From Desulfotignum sp. (GTDB lineage: Bacteria > Desulfobacterota > Desulfobacteria > Desulfobacterales > Desulfobacteraceae), in NCBI GenBank assembly GCA_046482705.1, contig JAWOEP010000327.1, positions 1 through 44,212 on the forward strand: a stretch of 44,212 bases of DNA, in the 5' to 3' direction. The notes under the pieces are model-generated. The model was not told the DNA's origin. It worked only from the letters and a program-made list of their open reading frames with translations, and ran no database searches. Made by a program: the position numbers and the translations under genes. How positions within the stretch are numbered: position 1 is the first letter of the stretch; every line of letters starts with the position of its first letter. Positions 28,542-37,105 of this stretch are shown here, one piece after another.

Positions 28542-29358
28542 GGGGCAGGTTCTCCTTTGGGATGCTTACCAATTGGTTGAAAACCATATCCCGGATATCC
28601 AGCAAAGGATATTCTCCTTGATCCGTTGCCAGCATGCGCTGCCCCAAACCGACAAAAAAGTTGTTTCCGGAATCCTGCCATGCTGTTTTCCGGCCCAGCC
28701 GAAAACCACTGTCCTCCTCTTTTTCCGAACCCGGATACCGGCCCGGAATCAAACCTGCCGCCTGGCCTTCGTTGGTCCATGTGAAGGTCGCCGTCACCCA
28801 TACCACATCGCGAAGATGGACTGGTTTGTCGATCTGTATATTTCGAATCCGTTCAAAGGGTATCCAGTAATACTTGCCATTGATGACCGCTTCAAGGAGG
28901 GGACCCAGCCGCTCGTCAGTGTCGGCAATCCAGGTGAACGCCTGGCCGTCAATCCGGCCGGATACGGCAGGTGCCGCATCATATGCCTGATCCCGCAGGT
29001 CAGCTGCAGCTTTGGAGTTTCCGGCTGCCAGCAGAGCCGGGATCTGCATGAGCCATGCCATCCAGGGCAGGGGTTCACCAAACGATAACGGGGTGCGGCT
29101 GCCTTGAAAAACAGCCTTGCGCAGCAGTTCACAATTTAATGCAGGTCGGTAGACCTGCGCCATCAGAAGGGCATCGGCATCCAGCTCAGCTGCTATGTTG
29201 AGCTGGGTCATGGCCCTTTCCCACTGACCCATGACACTGAGCAGCTGAAACAGAAATATCCGCAGTTCACCTTTTTCCGGATGTTTACGAATCTCCTCTT
29301 TGAGGTCAGCCAGCGCTTTTTCAAGGTCGCCGGATTGCAGACAGGCCTCAGCATCCAT
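28534..29358 (-). CDS. tagJ: T6SS accessory protein TagJ (ImpE/SciE)
   Basis: R.FLFQLL.V.GQW.RA..QL, F.WIAD.D.RLGP.LE, Y.WIPF, LRD.VW, IP.RYPG and GLGQR.L.TD motifs. Confidence 0.93.
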   Translation of the reverse strand: MDAEACLQSGDLEKALADLKEEIRKHPEKGELRIFLFQLLSVMGQWERAMTQLNIAAELDADALLMAQVYRPALNCELLRKAVFQGSRTPLSFGEPLPWMAWLMQIPALLAAGNSKAAADLRDQAYDAAPAVSGRIDGQAFTWIADTDERLGPLLEAVINGKYYWIPFERIRNIQIDKPVHLRDVVWVTATFTWTNEGQAAGLIPGRYPGSEKEEDSGFRLGRKTAWQDSGNNFFVGLGQRMLATDQGEYPLLDIRDMVFNQLVSIPKENLPHG

Positions 29359-29420
29359 CGTTTTTCACCTTTCCGTTTAACCGGGCGTTAACAATTCTGG
29401 GAGGGGTTTTATCCATCAGG

Positions 29421-30920
29421 TTATGCCCCCCCCTTGGCCGACGGCAGTTTGGAAACCAGTCTTAAAGATACTGTCAGGCCTTCCAGCTGATAATGGGGCC
29501 GCAGGAAAAATTTGGCGCTGTAGTATCCCGGATTGCCCTCGATGTCTTCGACCAGAACTTCTGCTGCGGATAACGGGTACCTGGCTTTCACCTCTTCGGA
29601 AGCGGTTGGATCCGTGGTGACATACTGGGTGATCCAGTTGTTCAGCCAGCGTTCCATGTCGCTCCGTTCCATGAAAGAACCCACTTTATCCCGTACAATA
29701 CACTTGAGATAGTGGGCAAAGCGGCATGTGGCAAACAGATAGGGCAGCCGGGCGCCCAGGTATGCATTGGCTGTGGCATCCGGATCATCATATTCTGCGG
29801 GCTTATGCAAAGATTGGGCCCCCACGAATACGGCATAGTCGGTATTTTTCCAGTGAGACAGTGGAATCAGACCGTTTTTGGCCAGTTCCGCTTCCCTGCG
29901 GTCGGTGATGGCGATTTCGGTGGGGCATTTCATGTCTACGCCGCCGTCATCGGTGGGGAAGGTGTGGGTTGGCAATCCCTCCACCATACCGCCGCTTTCG
30001 GCACCCCGTATCCGGGAACACCAGCCGTAAAGCTTGAAGGCCCGGTTGACGTTGACCCCCATGGCAAAGGCGGAATTGGCCCAGCAGTATTTAGAATGAT
30101 CAGCCCCTTCGGTGTCCTCTTCAAAATCAAACTCCTCCACTGGATCAGTTTTGGCGCCGTAGGGCAGGCGGGACAGAAACCGTGGCATTGTCAGGCCGAT
30201 ATACCGGGCATCATCTGAATCACGAAGAGAGCGCCAGGGGGCATACTCCGCAGTCTGCATAATTTTGGTCAAATCCCTTGGATTGCCCAGCTCCTGCCAG
30301 GAGTCCATGTTCATCAGCCCCGGCTCTGCTGCGGCGATAAAGGGTGCGTGGGCTGCGGACGCAATCTTGGCCATACCTTCCAGAATCTGTACATTCTGAG
30401 GGGTATGATCAAAGTAATAGTCACCCACCAGGCAACCATAGGGTTCTCCTCCCGGTGTGCCAAATTCATCTTCGTACATCTTTTTGAATAACGGACTCTG
30501 GTCCCAGGCAGTTCCCTTGAATTTTTTGATGGTTTTCCCCAGGTCTTTTTTGCTCAGGTTCAATACCCGGATTTTGAGCATTTCATCGGTTTCCGTATTG
30601 TTGACCAGGTAGGATAATCCGCGCCATGTGCCTTCCAACTGCTGAAAATCCGGATGGTGCATGATTAAATTGATCTGCTCAGTCAGTTTTTTATCGATTT
30701 CCGCAATGATCGTTTCAATGGTTCTGACAGCATCGTCGGAAATCAGTGCTGTTTTTTGCAAGGCCTGGCCTGCCAGCTCCTGGACAGCAGCCTGTACCGC
30801 CTCCCGGGCTCTATCCGTCTTGGGTTTGAACTCCTTCTGGAGGAGGCCTTCAAATTCGTTCATTTCAATGGATTGGGCTTCTGCCGCTTCAGTTGCGGCG
30901 ACTTTGCTTTCATCTGCCAT
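29421..30920 (-). CDS. tssC: T6SS contractile sheath large subunit TssC (VipB)
   Basis: IAEID.KLT.Q.NLI.HH.DFQQLE..WRGL, MKCPTEIAITDRREAEL, ARLPYLFA.CRFAHYLK and LRPHYQLEGL motifs; ATG 30920 after GGGGAGG. Confidence 0.97.
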   Translation of the reverse strand: MADESKVAATEAAEAQSIEMNEFEGLLQKEFKPKTDRAREAVQAAVQELAGQALQKTALISDDAVRTIETIIAEIDKKLTEQINLIMHHPDFQQLEGTWRGLSYLVNNTETDEMLKIRVLNLSKKDLGKTIKKFKGTAWDQSPLFKKMYEDEFGTPGGEPYGCLVGDYYFDHTPQNVQILEGMAKIASAAHAPFIAAAEPGLMNMDSWQELGNPRDLTKIMQTAEYAPWRSLRDSDDARYIGLTMPRFLSRLPYGAKTDPVEEFDFEEDTEGADHSKYCWANSAFAMGVNVNRAFKLYGWCSRIRGAESGGMVEGLPTHTFPTDDGGVDMKCPTEIAITDRREAELAKNGLIPLSHWKNTDYAVFVGAQSLHKPAEYDDPDATANAYLGARLPYLFATCRFAHYLKCIVRDKVGSFMERSDMERWLNNWITQYVTTDPTASEEVKARYPLSAAEVLVEDIEGNPGYYSAKFFLRPHYQLEGLTVSLRLVSKLPSAKGGA

Positions 30921-30922
30921 GA

Positions 30923-31456
30923 TCAACCCTCCCCTTGGCTTTTTTCAGATGTTTCATCCGGTCTGGGTGCTGACGACAGGGCCTGCATAAGTGCCGGATC
31001 GTTCAGCAGCCTGGCAACAAGTTCTTCAGCGCCTCCCTTGCCGTCCATATAGGTGAGCAGGTTTGCCAGTTGTGTCCGGGCGTTAAGAAGTCTGTTCAGG
31101 GAATCCACTTTTTGGGCTATTGCAGCCGGTGAAAAGTCATCCATACTTTCAAAGGTCAAATCGATGCTGAGATTGCCTTCCCCGGTCAAGGTGTTGGGAA
31201 CCTGAAAGGCGACCCTGGGCTTGGCCGATTTCATGCGTTCATCGAAATTGTCCACATCGATTTCCAGAAATTTCCGGTCCCCTAAAGCCGGGAGCGCTTC
31301 TTCCGGTTTGCCGGACAAATCCGCCATGACCCCCATGACAAATGGCAGATTTATTTTCTGTTCCGCGCCATAGGTTTCCAGATCATATTCTATCTGGACC
31401 CGCGGCGCCCTGTTGCGCGCAATAAATTTTTGACTGCTTGCTTTTCCTTTTGCCAT
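30923..31456 (-). CDS. tssB: T6SS contractile sheath small subunit TssB (VipA)
   Basis: SSQKFIARNRAPRVQIEYD, LPFVMGVMADLSG, FLEIDVDNFD, VPNTLTGEG.L and LANL.TYMDGK motifs; ATG 31456 after GGGAG. Confidence 0.97.
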   Translation of the reverse strand: MAKGKASSQKFIARNRAPRVQIEYDLETYGAEQKINLPFVMGVMADLSGKPEEALPALGDRKFLEIDVDNFDERMKSAKPRVAFQVPNTLTGEGNLSIDLTFESMDDFSPAAIAQKVDSLNRLLNARTQLANLLTYMDGKGGAEELVARLLNDPALMQALSSAPRPDETSEKSQGEG

Positions 31457-31475
31457 GATGTCTTCTCCCTGTTTT

Positions 31476-32633
31476 TTACGTGTCGTTAGGTTCTTCTTCA
31501 CCGCTGACCATTTGCACCTGGGTCATTGCATCCGGAGAAATGTTGCGAATGATATCCACAAACGATCTGCCCACAAGACGTTTGGCCCGCTTCAGAAGCA
31601 AAGGCACCGGGCTGGAAGGTTCGTTCTGCTCGTAATAGACAATGATCATGTCCAATGCTTTGTGTATGTCCTCATTTGATGTGATCTGCCCGGACAATGA
31701 TTGATTCAAAGGCGCATTCTCGGAATTTTCCATTTTTTTGATGTCCGTCAAAGATTGCTCTGAAGGGGTTTGTCTGCCGCTGAAATAGGTTTTGATTTTG
31801 TCCTGGGTGTGTTTGAGCAATGAGGCCTTCCCTGCATAGCCTCTGCGATCTAAGTACATACCGGTTTTCGTTTGCATCTGTTTCAACAGCTGCTCAAGTC
31901 TGTTGAAATTGGGTGCCATCGCGGCTCCCACCTGTTCAACCAGGAGATGATCCAGTGACTGGAGATGGTCGATGCATCCGCGCAGTATTAGATCTGTGGC
32001 GTGCAATTCGTCCACATCTGTCTGTTCGAACGCTGCGTCGATGAGCGGTTGGGTGGGAAAGTCTTTTGCATTGTTCTCAGATACGGATATCTCTCCCGAT
32101 GCTACAAGAAAGTGCTTCAGACTGGGATGAGGCAGACGGGTGTCGTTGGGTCTGCAAAGCGGCAAATCCATTAACCGGGAAATGAATTTCATGGTATCCT
32201 GGTCGCTCATCACCGAAGGAGGCGGAGAAAGCGATGCGATGATGTTTATTCGTTCCATGGGATCATTGTCATCCTCTGGATCCAATTGGGGAAACAGATG
32301 ATCCCAGTAACGTTCCACAACACCCCGTAGCAGTGAGAGGCCATCATGAAATCCCGGCAACCCTTCCAGACAAAGTTTTGAGACAGTCAAATAGAGTATC
32401 AGCCTGAGATCCCGACTGCGCTCAAGCAGTTTCAAACTCAGGTTTGTTACCTTTTCCCAATCCGGCTCTTCATGTTCTTGAATATGATCCCCAACCTGGG
32501 TCTCTTCTGTGCCCTGGGCCAGCCGCTCGAGTTCCAGAAATTCGATATCGTAAGAAATATCCTCTCCGCAGGGGGCATCGGTAGAAATGTCATTTAACAG
32601 TGCATCAACGTCAAAAGGAACCACAGATATCAC
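31476..32633 (-). CDS. tssA: T6SS protein TssA (ImpA N-terminal domain)
   Basis: LL..IS.DAPCGEDI.YD..F..LE, PDW..V, SRDLR and YWD.L.PQLD..D motifs; C-terminal I.S.ED....LD.I..YY..NEPSSPVPLLLKRA.RLV; GTG start. Confidence 0.93.
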   Translation of the reverse strand: MISVVPFDVDALLNDISTDAPCGEDISYDIEFLELERLAQGTEETQVGDHIQEHEEPDWEKVTNLSLKLLERSRDLRLILYLTVSKLCLEGLPGFHDGLSLLRGVVERYWDHLFPQLDPEDDNDPMERINIIASLSPPPSVMSDQDTMKFISRLMDLPLCRPNDTRLPHPSLKHFLVASGEISVSENNAKDFPTQPLIDAAFEQTDVDELHATDLILRGCIDHLQSLDHLLVEQVGAAMAPNFNRLEQLLKQMQTKTGMYLDRRGYAGKASLLKHTQDKIKTYFSGRQTPSEQSLTDIKKMENSENAPLNQSLSGQITSNEDIHKALDMIIVYYEQNEPSSPVPLLLKRAKRLVGRSFVDIIRNISPDAMTQVQMVSGEEEPNDT

Positions 32634-32860
32634 TTCCTAATAGATCATACATTTAAATTGACAGATGACCTTGCAGGTCACCTGATGATTAAAATCAGTC
32701 TGAATTTGTGACTCAAGTGGCTTTGCATCAAGCTTTCTGGGCATAACTCCGGACCTTCGGTTACATGGTTATCCCTGCAACCGATTATGGTGGAACAATT
32801 TCTCTTCCAGTCGCCAAATATAAATCCGCAGGAGCATAGTATCCGTGTCACTATAAATTT

Positions 32861-32890
32861 TCTATAGAACAGGATGCCCCTTGTTGTCAA
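32861..32890 (-). promoter_or_regulatory. Candidate sigma70 promoter for the tssA-vgrG operon
   Basis: Minus strand TTGACA-18 nt-TATAGA, ~230 bp upstream of tssA. Confidence 0.4.
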
Positions 32891-32927
32891 CTCATATAAA
32901 AAAAACGCAAAAAGGGTCTGCCGGACT

Positions 32928-33833
32928 TCATGTTGTCCGATTGAAAAGCTTTTTTAACAAAGACCCTGATTTTTTTTCCATTGGCGCAGATTCCTCCGGG
33001 GTATTGTGGTTATCCATTGGAGGAGTGTCCTCCGTTGGAGCCAGGTGTATTTCAGCCATACGTCCGCCCTCCATGAACTGGAAGGCGGGACCGGATTCTG
33101 TCAGAAAAAGCCGGTCACCGGGATTCAATGGTGACGCGGCTGTGATCTGCCGGTTGTTTATCTGCATCCGGCTGCTGCCGGTAAGGTCTTTTACCATGTA
33201 TCCTCCCTGGCTGAAAAAAATCCGGGCATGTCTCGGGGACAGTGAGGTGTGATCAAGAACCAGATCGCAATCCGCCTGGGTGCCGATGGTAATGGGCAGT
33301 TCGGTAAATGATTTCAACACAGGTCCATACTGGATGACCAGGGGGACCCGGGTGATTTCCACTCTGGGAGATGTCTGGGGAGGGGCAGTTGACCGAGGCG
33401 GCGCCTGGGGTTTCAAAGGCGGCGGCGGTGGTTGTTTTTCGGCAACAGCGTCGTCATATTGCTGCGGTTGCTCCACAGTCAAAGGGGCAGCAGCTGCTTG
33501 GACAGACTCCCCTTCCCGGGTGAGAAAGCTGACCTTTGGGCCGCCCTGGGTAAAAAAAATCACATCTCCGTTTTTCAGCCATGTTTCATTTATCCTGCTG
33601 CCGTTGACAAAGGTACCGTTGGTGCTGGTATCGACAATTTTAAACCGGTTGCCTTCCCGGACAATGACCGCGTGTTTTCTGGAAATGACAGCCAGGTCTT
33701 TCGGGAATTGAAGGTCACAGGATGGGTGCCGGCCGATAAGGATTTCCTTGCGGTCGAACTCCTGGATTTCTCCTTTCATGGGACCGTGAATGTGGATCAG
33801 CTGGACAATTATGGGCAAAGGTTTCATTGTCAT
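32928..33833 (-). CDS. Protein with two FHA domains joined by a Pro-rich linker
   Basis: FHA1 is canonical: IGRHPSCD...ISRKHA...DTSTNGTFVNG. FHA2 is degenerate: IGTQADCD...LSPRHA...DLTGSSRMQIN, lacking the GR arginine and NG. Confidence 0.9.
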   Translation of the reverse strand: MTMKPLPIIVQLIHIHGPMKGEIQEFDRKEILIGRHPSCDLQFPKDLAVISRKHAVIVREGNRFKIVDTSTNGTFVNGSRINETWLKNGDVIFFTQGGPKVSFLTREGESVQAAAAPLTVEQPQQYDDAVAEKQPPPPPLKPQAPPRSTAPPQTSPRVEITRVPLVIQYGPVLKSFTELPITIGTQADCDLVLDHTSLSPRHARIFFSQGGYMVKDLTGSSRMQINNRQITAASPLNPGDRLFLTESGPAFQFMEGGRMAEIHLAPTEDTPPMDNHNTPEESAPMEKKSGSLLKKLFNRTT

Positions 33834-35212
33834 TGGGCCGTACTCTTTTTGATACTTTCAAGGCGTTCCTGCAGCAACTGTGCTTTTTTTAGATTTGAAG
33901 CCACATCTTTGTAATCAGGATCCAGTTCGGAAACCCGTTTCCATTCATCAATGGCATTTTCCAGCTGCTCTTTTCCAAAATAGTGGATGCCCAGATTATA
34001 GTGTTTTTCCTTGTAGGTTGATTCACATTTTTCAATATACCCGGGACACATCTGACAGGAAGCATCATAGGACAGGGCCGATTCAAAACTGGCTTTTGCC
34101 CGCAGGAATTGATCGGAATCAAACTGAATCAGACCCAGTTGAAAATGGGAATCAAACAGAAACTGGTTAAAGCGGCCATTTTCAGGAGCCGCTTTTTTGA
34201 GATCTTCAAACAGTGGTATCGCCTGGTCATATTTCTTCTGGTTGAACAAGACCATTGCCTGATCATACATGTCTGAATCCACGATATTTTTGTCCGGCTT
34301 TTTTTCGCCGTATACTTCGGTTTCAATGGATGCTGTCAGGTCCTTTTCCACAGAAGGCTCCCGGGAAAGATCAGATATGTCCGCCTCCGGTGTGGAAAGC
34401 TCTGTGTCAGGAGAATCGGTTTCAGGGGACGCAATTTCAGGGGATTCGGTTTCAGGAGACTCTGGTGAAGGCAGCTCCGGTGGGGGAGGATCGGAAGACC
34501 CGTTCACAGCTGCGGTTGAGAGGGGTTCACTCTGTTGCCCCGACAATTTTTCCATACCGGCTGTTTCTGCTTTCCGGGAAGCTAAATAGTCGGTCTGGCG
34601 CTGCTGGAGATCGGAAAGGGTTGTCCCTGAAATAACAGGGATTTTCAATTCTTTCCCCACCCGGACCCTGGTGACATCTTCCAGGTTGTTGAATTTGCCG
34701 ATAACCGGGTATGTCATCAGATCCCCGTAAAAGATCAGTCCCAGTTTGGAGACACTTTCTCCATAGGACAGGGTATGGGTAATATAAGGGGTGTTTTCCT
34801 CTCTTATTCCTTCCGGCAGCAGTTTTTCTCTGGCCCGGGTATGGTCCGGCCAGTTCTGAAGTGCACTTAAATAGGCTTTTTTTGCTGCACTGTATTTTCC
34901 CTTTTCATCCAGCATCAGCCCCTGCTGGTAATATTCCTCTGCCCTTTTGAGCAGGGTTTGGCGGACGGTTTTTTTATGACGGGCCGCAGTTTGGTTTGTT
35001 GGATCAATGGCCAGTGCCAGCTCATACTGCTCAAGGGCACTGGAATAGGACTTCTGTTCTTCAAAGGATCGGCCTTTGGCAATATGCTCTTGCACCAGCT
35101 GCTGTTCCGCCGTTTTTTGATCAGATACCCGGACCTTTTGGGACGGGTCGGATGCCACGCATCCCATACCTGCCAGAACTGCTGCCAACAAGATTGCTAT
35201 ATATCTGTACAT
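33830..35212 (-). CDS. TPR + LysM lipoprotein
   Basis: Lipobox LAGMG-C; N- and C-terminal TPRs; LysM HTLSYGESVSKLG..FYGD...Y..I..FN.L.....VRVG.ELKIP; acidic SPE-repeat linker. Confidence 0.85.
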   Translation of the reverse strand: MYRYIAILLAAVLAGMGCVASDPSQKVRVSDQKTAEQQLVQEHIAKGRSFEEQKSYSSALEQYELALAIDPTNQTAARHKKTVRQTLLKRAEEYYQQGLMLDEKGKYSAAKKAYLSALQNWPDHTRAREKLLPEGIREENTPYITHTLSYGESVSKLGLIFYGDLMTYPVIGKFNNLEDVTRVRVGKELKIPVISGTTLSDLQQRQTDYLASRKAETAGMEKLSGQQSEPLSTAAVNGSSDPPPPELPSPESPETESPEIASPETDSPDTELSTPEADISDLSREPSVEKDLTASIETEVYGEKKPDKNIVDSDMYDQAMVLFNQKKYDQAIPLFEDLKKAAPENGRFNQFLFDSHFQLGLIQFDSDQFLRAKASFESALSYDASCQMCPGYIEKCESTYKEKHYNLGIHYFGKEQLENAIDEWKRVSELDPDYKDVASNLKKAQLLQERLESIKKSTAQ

Positions 35213-35229
35213 ATGCGGTTCCCCCCTGT

Positions 35230-36240
35230 TTATCGTAAAGACATTCGGGTAAATGTTTTCAGTTTAGAAATAAAAGAATCTAAATCTCTTTTTAATACCA
35301 TATCCCTTTTCAATGCAAGGGGGTTTGTAAAAAAAGGGTTGCTGCCCCGATCCACTGTGACCGCCATTTTATACCCGGCAGATGCCGTCATCTGCAAAAT
35401 CTGTGTATTATACTTTCCGTAGGGGAATGCAAAAAAAAATGTGTCCTGCCCCAGTTGCCGGTCAATGATTTTTTTGGATTGAAAAATTTCTTTTTCCAAC
35501 CGCCTTTGAAACGCTTCTTCTGTTTCCTGGTCTTTTCGGTTTGTCAGGTCACTGTGGTATACCGAGTGGGATCCTATGGTAAACCCGTTGGCTTTAAGTC
35601 TTCTTAATTCATCCCATGTGATGGCTTTGGGGGATATGCCCACATAACTGGTGTACACAAACAGGGTTGCGGTAAATCCGTATTTTTTCAATATTGGCCA
35701 CGCAGTCTGGTATGCAGATTTATATCCGTCATCAATGGTGATAAGAACCGATTTTTTGGGAATCTGCCGCGCATACGTTAGAAACCCCAAGAGGTCTTCA
35801 GCGGATATTACCCGATAACCATTCTCCCTGAGATAATTCATCTGTTGATCGAATATGCGGGGCGGGGTATTCATGCTTGATTTTTCACCAACATCGAACC
35901 GGTGATAGCAAAGAATGGGTATGCGCTGGTATCCGTTTTCAAAAAGGCCGCCGCGGTTTTTTTCTTTCAAGGGAATGACAACCATGGAATTTTCATGGAA
36001 CGTACCTGTTTCATTAGCATCTTCAATTTTCCAGGCCAGTTTTTCATTCTTGAGATGGAGGCGGGCAAGATCAGACGGAGATGTGTTTTTGTCAAGCCGG
36101 CAGACCGCATATTCATTGGATTTATACACCACAGATTGCGGTTGAACCTGAAGGGGCAAAGGTGCCGGGGCAATGCATGATGTAAAGAGGATGATGAAGA
36201 TTATGCCGCAGAGAACAGGGGCTTTCGTTATAGGATTCAT
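35230..36240 (-). CDS. Polysaccharide deacetylase (CE4/NodB family), probable lipoprotein with a LysM-like N-terminal segment
   Basis: IPILCYHRF, LITIDDGY, GSHSVYH and FAFPYG motifs; hydrophobic N-terminus ending FTS-C. Confidence 0.9.
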   Translation of the reverse strand: MNPITKAPVLCGIIFIILFTSCIAPAPLPLQVQPQSVVYKSNEYAVCRLDKNTSPSDLARLHLKNEKLAWKIEDANETGTFHENSMVVIPLKEKNRGGLFENGYQRIPILCYHRFDVGEKSSMNTPPRIFDQQMNYLRENGYRVISAEDLLGFLTYARQIPKKSVLITIDDGYKSAYQTAWPILKKYGFTATLFVYTSYVGISPKAITWDELRRLKANGFTIGSHSVYHSDLTNRKDQETEEAFQRRLEKEIFQSKKIIDRQLGQDTFFFAFPYGKYNTQILQMTASAGYKMAVTVDRGSNPFFTNPLALKRDMVLKRDLDSFISKLKTFTRMSLR

Positions 36241-36281
36241 GGCGTACCTGTATCTGATATTACAGCCAGTAACCGGATTGT

Positions 36282-36290
36282 TGATATAAT
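36282..36290 (+). promoter_or_regulatory. Extended -10 promoter element in the divergent intergenic region
   Basis: TG-A-TATAAT within the palindrome ATATAATTATAT (36284-36295), which also presents TATAAT on the - strand. Confidence 0.4.
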
Positions 36291-36433
36291 TATATATTCT
36301 GCGCTTGACATCAACCCTTTTTTTATATAGGTGAAATTTAATTGCCCACCATTTTTTCCATACAGGCGGATATCGGCGGGTCAGATGTTTTCTGTATCAT
36401 GGTCAAGGCTTTCAAAAGGAGGGTGACAACTGC

Positions 36434-37054
36434 ATGGCGAATAAACAGAAAAGCGAAACCATGTATACAGGAAAAAGATTTTTGATGAGTCTGGCAGTAT
36501 GGTTTGTTGTTTGCCTGATGTTATACGGTCTCATCCATATGCGGGAAAACAACCATACCCGGCAGTTGATTTTAACCGGAGTGGCTATTTCAAAAGATGT
36601 TTCCAGCCAATCCGGTCTGCCGCTTCTGGAAAAAAATTTTGAACTGCTGGGCAGATTCCTTGAAGAAATAACGGCAAAACCAGGCGTGGTGTTCGCTTCT
36701 ATTATTGACCATAAAAACAAACTGATCGCCTATACGGATCAGGATCAGTTTCTCACCCTGAAAAAACAAAAATCCGGTGCAATGGAAAATGTCAGTTACT
36801 GGCGGATATCCGGACTGAATAATCAGAAGGTGATGAATTTTTCATCTGAGATAACATTTTCCGATACCCGGGTGGGAGAAGTTTTTATTTCCCTTGCAGC
36901 AGAAAATCTGGACAGGTTGCGGTATATGTTTGCTTATTTATCCATAATAACACTGATTATTATTTTTTTATTGTTCGGTAAGGCACGATATTGGGACTGT
37001 CTTGTCTGGTTGAATGAAAAAAGTGCCGCAATAATTGCAAAAGGATCACCCTGA
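36434..37054 (+). CDS. Membrane protein, TM-periplasmic sensor (Cache-like)-TM, no cytoplasmic output domain
   Basis: Two hydrophobic segments; PLLEK...VFASIIDHKNKLIAY...FSSEITFS..RVGEV is paralogous to the kinase N-terminus; SD AGGAGG. Confidence 0.8.
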   Translation: MANKQKSETMYTGKRFLMSLAVWFVVCLMLYGLIHMRENNHTRQLILTGVAISKDVSSQSGLPLLEKNFELLGRFLEEITAKPGVVFASIIDHKNKLIAYTDQDQFLTLKKQKSGAMENVSYWRISGLNNQKVMNFSSEITFSDTRVGEVFISLAAENLDRLRYMFAYLSIITLIIIFLLFGKARYWDCLVWLNEKSAAIIAKGSP

Positions 37055-37105
37055 TAAATCATCTTGGGCCTGGAGTATAAAGGCAGGCTGATATGGAGAA
37101 GACAG

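Noticed and set aside
32700-32760. GAAA...GATGCAAAGCCAC resembling a c-di-GMP-I (GEMM) riboswitch core in the tssA leader
   Set aside because: No pairing around the GAAA, no GGCAAA 5' element and no recognisable P2/P3 3' half; an Infernal search would settle it.
34380-34490. 15-bp repeat encoding SPE-x-x units in the TPR/LysM protein
   Set aside because: An ordinary Pro/Ser/Glu flexible linker; it is predicted periplasmic, so it is unlikely to be a substrate of the cytoplasmic kinase.
37017-37064. Frameshift or readthrough fusing the sensor gene to the kinase
   Set aside because: Both alternative frames after the A-run hit stops, the in-frame end is a double stop (TGA TAA), and the kinase has its own SD.
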